Positions 57,568 through 64,000 of a stretch of DNA of 64,000 nucleotides are shown piece after piece (position 1 is the stretch's first letter; each line of letters begins with the position of its first letter). The notes under the pieces were generated by a model. That model saw nothing but the letters and a program-made list of their open reading frames with translations, was not told where the DNA came from and did not search any database. The stretch lies in NCBI GenBank assembly GCA_043801445.1, contig JAZDMB010000046.1, positions 19,253-83,252 of the forward strand, written 5' to 3'. Source of the DNA: Planctomycetota bacterium (GTDB taxonomy: Bacteria; Planctomycetota; MHYJ01; JACQXL01). The translations under genes were made by a program, and so were the position numbers.

Positions 57568-59436
57568 ATGAATCAATACGATATCATTGTCGTCGGCGCC
57601 GGACACGCCGGGATAGAAGCCGCTTTGGTTTCTGCACGGATGGGTTGTTCCACGCTTCTTTTAACCATCTCTTTTGATTCTATCGCCCAGATGTCTTGTA
57701 ATCCCGCAATCGGTGGTTTAGCCAAGGGCCAGTTGGTTCGTGAGATTGATGCTCTGGGCGGTGAAATGGCTCGCGCCACTGATTATTCGGGCATCCAATT
57801 CCGTATTCTCAATACCGGTAAAGGTCCGGCTGTCCAATCTCCCCGCGCCCAATGTGATAAAAAAGAATATCACCTTTATATGCGAAAGGTATTAGAAAAT
57901 CAGGATAACCTTACTCTCAAAGAGTTGATGGTTGAAGAGATTATTGTGGACCATAATAAAGTAGTTGGTATTAAATCCCAAATCACAAATCTCAAATCTC
58001 AAATCCCGAATGAATATTACGCCAAGGCAGTCATCATCACCACAGGCACTTTTATGAAAGGGCTGATACATATCGGCGAAGAACAGTTCCCCGGCGGCAG
58101 AATCAACGAGCCGTCAGCCGAAAATATTTCAGCAAGTTTAAAGAAGATTGGATTGGAATTGGGACGCCTTAAGACCGGCACTCCCCCACGACTTGATACC
58201 CGAACCATAGATTATTCAAATCTGAGAGTTCAAAACGGTGATGAACCACCCAAACCTTTTTCATTCTCTACTGACCGAATTACCCAAAAACAGATTCCGT
58301 GTTATATAACTCATACCAATAAAAATACACACGAGATTATCAAGAAGAATTTACACCGCGCACCGCTTTATACAGGGCAGATTAAAGCCATCGGCCCGCG
58401 ATACTGCCCTTCGATTGAAGACAAGATAGTCAGATTTGCCGAGAGAGACCAGCACCAGATTTTTCTTGAGCCGGAAGGAAAAAACATTCATGAAGTCTAT
58501 TGTAACGGTATCTCAACCAGTCTGCCCCGTGATGTGCAGGAAGAAATGGTCCATTCGATTGATGGTTTAGAAAAAGCTAAATTTATCCGCTACGGCTATG
58601 CCATAGAATATGATGTGATCTTACCATATCAGATAAAGCCATCGCTTGAAACCAAGAAAATAGAGAATCTCTTTTTGGCAGGCCAGATAAACGGAACATC
58701 AGGTTACGAAGAAGCCGCAGCTCAGGGAATTATGGCTGGTATCAATGCTGTATTGAAAATCAGGAAAGAACCTGCCTGCGCCGAGGCTTCGGTAGGCAGG
58801 CCTCTTTTTATGCTCTCCAGAAGTGATGCCTATATCGGCGTCTTGGTAGATGATTTAGTAACACTGGGACCAACCGAACCGTATCGGATGTTCACTTCGC
58901 GCGCCGAATACCGCTTGCTACTGCGTTCCGACAATGCCGATAGACGTCTGATGCCTTACGCATTTAAGTTGGGGTTGCTCAATAAAGAACTACAGCACAG
59001 ATTACATAGTAAAGAAGAACTCATACAGAAAACAATCACTTTATTAAATAAATCATTTTCTAATGGTAAATCATTCAAAAGACTATTAAAACAACCTGAA
59101 ATCAGGCTTAAAGAATTAGAAGAAAAATCAAAACAATTACGATTACTGAATCTTACCGATGACATAAGGGAACAGGTTGAAATCGAAGTCAAATATGAAG
59201 GCTATATCCAGCGACAATTGCGTCAGATTGAACGGGCTAAGAAAATGGAGGATTATTTATTACCAGCCGAATTTGATTACAATAAAATAAAACATCTCAG
59301 CAAAGAAGCCAGGACCCAATTAAACAAATTCACGCCGTTATCCTTAGGCCAGGCAAGCCGTATCGCCGGCGTATCACCGGCAGATATTTCAGTTCTTATG
59401 ATATATTTCCTGAAGAAAAATAAAACCGCTGATTAA
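57568..59436 (+). CDS. mnmG: tRNA uridine-5-carboxymethylaminomethyl modification enzyme MnmG
   Basis: GAGHAG, MSCNPAIGG, KTGTPPR, GPRYCPSIEDK, GYEEAAAQG, RMFTSRAEYRL. Confidence 0.98.
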   Translation: MNQYDIIVVGAGHAGIEAALVSARMGCSTLLLTISFDSIAQMSCNPAIGGLAKGQLVREIDALGGEMARATDYSGIQFRILNTGKGPAVQSPRAQCDKKEYHLYMRKVLENQDNLTLKELMVEEIIVDHNKVVGIKSQITNLKSQIPNEYYAKAVIITTGTFMKGLIHIGEEQFPGGRINEPSAENISASLKKIGLELGRLKTGTPPRLDTRTIDYSNLRVQNGDEPPKPFSFSTDRITQKQIPCYITHTNKNTHEIIKKNLHRAPLYTGQIKAIGPRYCPSIEDKIVRFAERDQHQIFLEPEGKNIHEVYCNGISTSLPRDVQEEMVHSIDGLEKAKFIRYGYAIEYDVILPYQIKPSLETKKIENLFLAGQINGTSGYEEAAAQGIMAGINAVLKIRKEPACAEASVGRPLFMLSRSDAYIGVLVDDLVTLGPTEPYRMFTSRAEYRLLLRSDNADRRLMPYAFKLGLLNKELQHRLHSKEELIQKTITLLNKSFSNGKSFKRLLKQPEIRLKELEEKSKQLRLLNLTDDIREQVEIEVKYEGYIQRQLRQIERAKKMEDYLLPAEFDYNKIKHLSKEARTQLNKFTPLSLGQASRIAGVSPADISVLMIYFLKKNKTAD

Positions 59437-59493
59437 ACGGATTTCTGCCTAATCCGCCAAATCTGCGGTTAAAATGGATGCAGGCCGTAATGA

Positions 59494-60852
59494 TTAGTAT
59501 CTCCTTTTAATATATCTCTTAATAGTACGTATCCCCAAATATCTATAGCCATCGGTCAAAGCCGTTGTCAGACCGCCGTTATAATTAATATTAGCATTGC
59601 CACCAATGTCAACATCCACAGTACTACTGCTGGTAACCAAAGAACAAGTATCCTCTTTATCTTCAGCAATTACGCATCCATTAACGGTTGGAGTACCTAC
59701 AAGACTTACCTGTTCATGAGCAGCAAAAAGACCGACAAGAGCGCTGGAAGTAGAACCTCTCATCTTTAAATCTTTTCCAGACATGCAGGCAATATTACCA
59801 CCGCTTGGATGAGGAGATATACAAGGACTTCCCGACATCTCAATATACCCTTCCGCCAAGACACTTACCGGCCATGGAGTAGCTATTGAACCGGGAGAAC
59901 TGGTTATTTTCACATTACCACTCTCAAAATAAAATACGCCACTATCTGTTATACCGGTACCACTTCTACTCCAGAGTTGAGTAGCCGCAGCATAACTCCA
60001 ACCGGTTGGGGTAGCAAGAAGATTATTAAACTGGTCATAAACTTTGCCATCGGTCTTAAAAATATGGGTGCCTAAATATTTGTAAGTAGCCGGATTAATA
60101 GGTGGAATATAGGTAGCAGGAGCATAAGGTGTAATGGTTCCTCCAACAGTACCGGTGTTGTTTACAGCGCCTGTAGAAGTCACATCTCCGGATATATTTG
60201 CACTACCTGATACAGTAACCGGACCATTTGCCTGGATATCGCCTTCAGCACCGGTAATGGAAGCATGACCATATACATTAAGCGAACCACCCACTACCAA
60301 AGCGCCGCTAGCTATATAATTTGCTTCTTTATATTGGATTAATCCTTCAACTACCTGTGTTTGCGAACGTTGCAGAGGGTCATTACCGCCACCCCAGCCC
60401 TCAACCGTAATTTTAACAATATTATCTTTATCAACTAATGCGCTGCCGCCTAAAGCAGTATCGTCATTATTTTCTAATTTAACCCAAAAGGTGTTGCCGT
60501 AATAATTAATATTTCGGCACCATTGAATAGAAGTGGAAAGAGAAGTAGGTGTTATATTAAGAGAAGTTGCAGAAGCTGCATAAGTACCGGAAGCAGTGTT
60601 GCTGACACTGAGTTGAGAGCTCCAACAACCTGTTGTTGTATATGATTGAAGCAAATAAGCAGAAGATGCTTCAAATCCACTTAAGGCAGTCTGTTGATAA
60701 CTTTGGTCATCAATAGAAGACGTAAGTTGTTGTTGTTGAGCGCCTGAGGTTAAAACAAAAGCAATACCTAATCCGGCAATAATTACCGTGATAAGCATAA
60801 CTAAAACCATTATAGCCCCTTTTTCGTTCTTATTATTGCACATAGAATACAT
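59494..60852 (-). CDS. PilX-like minor pilin with C-terminal beta-helix-like domain
   Basis: KGAIMVLV N-terminal helix; last gene of the pilin trio. Confidence 0.7.
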   Translation of the reverse strand: MYSMCNNKNEKGAIMVLVMLITVIIAGLGIAFVLTSGAQQQQLTSSIDDQSYQQTALSGFEASSAYLLQSYTTTGCWSSQLSVSNTASGTYAASATSLNITPTSLSTSIQWCRNINYYGNTFWVKLENNDDTALGGSALVDKDNIVKITVEGWGGGNDPLQRSQTQVVEGLIQYKEANYIASGALVVGGSLNVYGHASITGAEGDIQANGPVTVSGSANISGDVTSTGAVNNTGTVGGTITPYAPATYIPPINPATYKYLGTHIFKTDGKVYDQFNNLLATPTGWSYAAATQLWSRSGTGITDSGVFYFESGNVKITSSPGSIATPWPVSVLAEGYIEMSGSPCISPHPSGGNIACMSGKDLKMRGSTSSALVGLFAAHEQVSLVGTPTVNGCVIAEDKEDTCSLVTSSSTVDVDIGGNANINYNGGLTTALTDGYRYLGIRTIKRYIKRRY

Positions 60853-61015
60853 CCTTAAAATCAGCCACCCCGCTTGGGCGGGACTCCGCTGTCGCTTCGC
60901 AGACCCGTCCCGATGAATATCGGGAGAACACAGAGAAAGAAATTAAATTTAATTATCCGTGTTTATCTGCCTGCCCGACCTTTCGGTCGTTCGGGCGGGT
61001 GGTTACGAAATATTA

Positions 61016-61873
61016 TTATTGCGGATTTAACAAAACCACATCGGTTTTACAATCAACTATTATTGGTTTTTGTCCGGCACCGAGTACGCCACCGAACCAA
61101 AGATTGATTCTGACCCGATTACCATTACTACCGCTGGTAACCAAATTATTATTCTTATCACGGAGACTGAATATCGGGTCATTTGCTCCATCATTATTAA
61201 TATCAAGATATCTATTAGTCGCAACGGTTATAATATTACCGCCTAAATTTACCTGTTCTTGAAGAACACCCCCTGCATTATATACGTATTTCCATAAATT
61301 ACCTGTATCAAAAGAATCTATAATATCTCCATCTCCATTATAATCTAAATGCGTGGTGGCTTCAACAAGATTGGGAGTTGGATTATTCGGCACAAAATCA
61401 TATATAATATACCAGTTCTGATTGTCATTTGCGCCCCAGTATATTGCGCCTGTTGCAGGATCCCAGTAGTTACCTCCGACCTTTACCGGAACTTTCAGGG
61501 TAAGAGTCGCATAATTATTAGATGTAGTGGGCATACTTCCTGTTATAACAAAGCATTCATTTATATCTTCTTTTATAATGTCTGTTAGTCGCATCCCTTC
61601 AGATTCCAAGTAAGACTCCATTGCTCCCTCAGTATATATATTCTGTGAACTTATAATAACATACATTGCTCCAACAAGCATACCGGTCAGTATGGTTACT
61701 ACTATCATAAGCTCAATCAAGGTAAACCCCGTTAGAGATAGGTCGCCCGTAGGCGACCGTTCTGTCTTATAAACAATAGTTTTATCCTTCTGGGACGGAT
61801 TATATAAGAGTTTACCAATAGTTGCTTTAGACATCTCTAACTGGGTAAACCCTTCTTGCGAATTAGTATTCAT
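61016..61873 (-). CDS. Prepilin (PilW/GspJ-like) with a repeat insertion in its leader
   Basis: GFTLIELMIV motif preceded by a 41-aa insert. Confidence 0.8.
   Translation of the reverse strand: MNTNSQEGFTQLEMSKATIGKLLYNPSQKDKTIVYKTERSPTGDLSLTGFTLIELMIVVTILTGMLVGAMYVIISSQNIYTEGAMESYLESEGMRLTDIIKEDINECFVITGSMPTTSNNYATLTLKVPVKVGGNYWDPATGAIYWGANDNQNWYIIYDFVPNNPTPNLVEATTHLDYNGDGDIIDSFDTGNLWKYVYNAGGVLQEQVNLGGNIITVATNRYLDINNDGANDPIFSLRDKNNNLVTSGSNGNRVRINLWFGGVLGAGQKPIIVDCKTDVVLLNPQ
61727..61845. mobile_element. 119-bp MITE-like element at the prepilin G-F-T site
   Basis: CCCCGTTAGAGAT...ATCTCTAACTGGG flanked by TAAA/TAAA. Confidence 0.85.
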
Positions 61874-61875
61874 AA

Positions 61876-62358
61876 TTAGTATCTGTTATGCCTGGAAAAA
61901 ATAGTCCTTGTTACATACTCATTATATACGCTTGCACTAGTATTCCCTTTTATTCGCCATCTAACAGTAATTTTAATGTCATAAAGTTTACACGCGGATA
62001 GATTATTATGACAACTACTACCAGAACCATCAAGATTGGTGCCGTGGTCGCTGCATTGAATTTGTTCTATCCTGCCGGCTTGTGTCCAGCCGGTAGGAGC
62101 AGTCAAACCGGTCACCGCAAAATAAGTTCCGCTTATACCATGAATAGACGTAAAATCTTTGCCTCTAACCTCTTCTAGTTGAGCCGCAGCAGCATTGCGA
62201 GCAATATCATATTCTCGTGATGTTTCTTTCTGCAATACCCCCCCACTCAATACCGATAATAAAGTCAAAGTTCCAATGGTCAACAATACCATTGCTATTA
62301 TTACCTCTATAAGTGTAAAACCTGAAAAACAAACTTCACTGGTCGTATGATTTCTCAT
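61876..62358 (-). CDS. Prepilin (PilV/GspI-like)
   Basis: GFTLIEVIIAM. Confidence 0.8.
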   Translation of the reverse strand: MRNHTTSEVCFSGFTLIEVIIAMVLLTIGTLTLLSVLSGGVLQKETSREYDIARNAAAAQLEEVRGKDFTSIHGISGTYFAVTGLTAPTGWTQAGRIEQIQCSDHGTNLDGSGSSCHNNLSACKLYDIKITVRWRIKGNTSASVYNEYVTRTIFSRHNRY

Positions 62359-62581
62359 AATCTTTTATTTAACAATACAGAAAATTATAAACACGAATAG
62401 CGCGAATTCGGTGAACAACACGAATATTAAAATATAATTCCTTATTCGCGTGATTCGTGTTCCTATTTTTCTTATCCCTTAAACCCTTTGTAATTATACA
62501 CACCAGACAGACCGTTGTCAATAGAAAAATCAAAGAATCTATATAAGCAGCTAAAAGTTCCAACTTTTTACTTGCTACTTG

Positions 62582-62685
62582 CCCCGTTCGAAAGTACCAT
62601 AATTAGAGATAAAGATAAACATATTAGTCTTTCACCCCGTTCGAGAACTTTCTAACGGGCTGAAGATACAGCAAAAACCTGCTCT
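62582..62685 (+). mobile_element. Degenerate copy of the tailed MITE-like element
   Basis: CCCCGTTCGAAAG...CTTTCTAACGGGCTGAAGATACAGCA. Confidence 0.65.
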
Positions 62686-62718
62686 GTTTTTTACTTTTAA
62701 CTTTATGATTATAGTGCT

Positions 62719-63849
62719 ATGCTGATTCAAAGATATGTAATGCGTGAATGGCTTATAAGTTTTCTGATAGTAACCACTGTCTTATTAGCCATCGTTCTCC
62801 TGATAGTTCCCTTTTTCCAGTTCCAGAAATATACGGCTCTTGATGAAGAATTTGTTTTCAAGGTATTACCGTATTTTGTTCCCATTTCTTTAGTGTATAT
62901 AATTCCCCTGGCAGTATTGCTTTCCTGTATCTTTGTTTTCGGACGGCTTTCAGAAGATAACGAAATTCTGGCAATAAAATCATCAGGCATACCGCTGTTA
63001 CGAATAATCAGACCCATATTTCTCCTGACAATATTTTTATCTATCGGAATATTCATGATAAATACCCAATTAATACCATATTGTTATTCTAAAACCCGCC
63101 AGTTAACTATCAACGCATTTAAGAATCGCATATTTACAGACTCCCGCGGAGCGGACGAAATAAAACTACCTGAAGGGAAAATCAGTTATGCTAACCGCGA
63201 TAAGGGAATCTTTAACTCCGTCCGCTTACTTCAATTCGACTCCAACAAAGACCAATTGGTGAAAGAAATTAACGCGCACCAGGGAAAATTCGAACTTGAT
63301 GAGGAAAATGCCCAATTCTCATTAAACCTCAATAAGGTCTATACCACCCTCTGGGAAAAAGAAAAACAAACCAATCAATCGACGAAAGAAATTAATAACA
63401 AACGCATTATCCCGCGTATGATCGCATCAGGCGGCCTTATTTACCGGTTGGACATATCCAATCTATTTGCTCCTTCCCGCAAGAATTTTGCCAGCCTGAC
63501 AAACAATGAATTGAACCTACTGCTTATCGAATATAAAAACAATCCCACCAAAACCAGACAGGTCCTTTCAAACAAATACCAACGCTATTCATCCGGACTG
63601 ACACCTTTAATTTTTGCTTTTATCGGCATACCCATCGGAATATTAATCCGTAAAGGCAGTCGTGTGGCAGGCGTTGGCATCAGTATGCTCCTCGTATTCG
63701 TCGGTTATTATCCTCTAATGATGTTAGGTAATCTCATCGGCACCAAAAAAGATATTTTACCGGTATCTATCTCTGTCTGGCTAAGTGATATTGTTTTCGG
63801 ATTAGTCGGTCTGATATTATTATATTACCTCATAAAACATGATAAATAA
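62719..63849 (+). CDS. lptF: LptF/LptG family LPS export permease
   Basis: IPLAVLL...FGRLSEDNEILAIKSSG; six TM helices. Confidence 0.85.
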   Translation: MLIQRYVMREWLISFLIVTTVLLAIVLLIVPFFQFQKYTALDEEFVFKVLPYFVPISLVYIIPLAVLLSCIFVFGRLSEDNEILAIKSSGIPLLRIIRPIFLLTIFLSIGIFMINTQLIPYCYSKTRQLTINAFKNRIFTDSRGADEIKLPEGKISYANRDKGIFNSVRLLQFDSNKDQLVKEINAHQGKFELDEENAQFSLNLNKVYTTLWEKEKQTNQSTKEINNKRIIPRMIASGGLIYRLDISNLFAPSRKNFASLTNNELNLLLIEYKNNPTKTRQVLSNKYQRYSSGLTPLIFAFIGIPIGILIRKGSRVAGVGISMLLVFVGYYPLMMLGNLIGTKKDILPVSISVWLSDIVFGLVGLILLYYLIKHDK

Positions 63850-64000
63850 AAGTTTACTTCCATCTATAAGGAAACTTGATGCCTACATTCTGAAATCATT
63901 CTTATTCGCATTAATCATATCTACTCTATCTCTAATCGGTTTATATATCGTCATCCATTTCTTTACCAACATCAGTGATTTCATAGAAGTATCACAGGAA
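63839..64000 (+). CDS. LptG-family permease, 3'-truncated by window edge
   Basis: MINKSLLPSIRKLDAYILKSFLFALII...; overlaps the lptF stop. Confidence 0.7.
   Translation, partial: MINKSLLPSIRKLDAYILKSFLFALIISTLSLIGLYIVIHFFTNISDFIEVSQE

Noticed and set aside
451-63056. Many short antisense and overlapping ORFs in the track (e.g. 6554-6994, 14799-15377, 31220-31678, 9193-9381, 62369-62563)
   Set aside because: They are shadows of real genes or translations of repeats, with no recognisable motifs.
1-64000. tRNA, rRNA, transposase or prophage genes
   Set aside because: None recognised by eye.

Overview
Bacterial chromosomal segment of moderately low GC. It is probably from an uncultured diderm lineage. 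The HEAT-repeat proteins, Ser/Thr kinase, ThiD2-ThiE fusion, PurS-like/PurL fusion, LpxK and LptFG suggest Planctomycetota, but that is inference. The genes are mostly housekeeping (aroC, pgk, hutH/hutU, split methylmalonyl-CoA mutase plus epimerase, thrS-infC-rpmI, a serine-biosynthesis cluster, lpxK, thiE, purL, asd, mnmG, lptF/G). There are also type IV pilus/T2SS genes, two GGDEF proteins and a 1855-aa surface protein. The most striking signal lies below gene level: the window is densely populated by several families of tiny palindromic elements. These are 30-33 bp GC hairpins, 77-119 bp CCCCGTTAGA...TCTAACGGGG elements with 4-bp flanking duplications and fixed-length but divergent interiors, and inverted heptamer arrays. 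They sit in frame inside about a dozen genes, including conserved enzymes, nest inside one another, and in one case regenerate a prepilin cleavage motif. No mobilising enzyme is visible in the window. Other points of note are a 12 x 22-bp tandem array next to an excisionase-type HTH gene, a cassette-like accessory block with shared boundary motifs, and a histidase with Ala-Cys-Gly in place of the Ala-Ser-Gly MIO triad. All calls were made by eye, with no database search.
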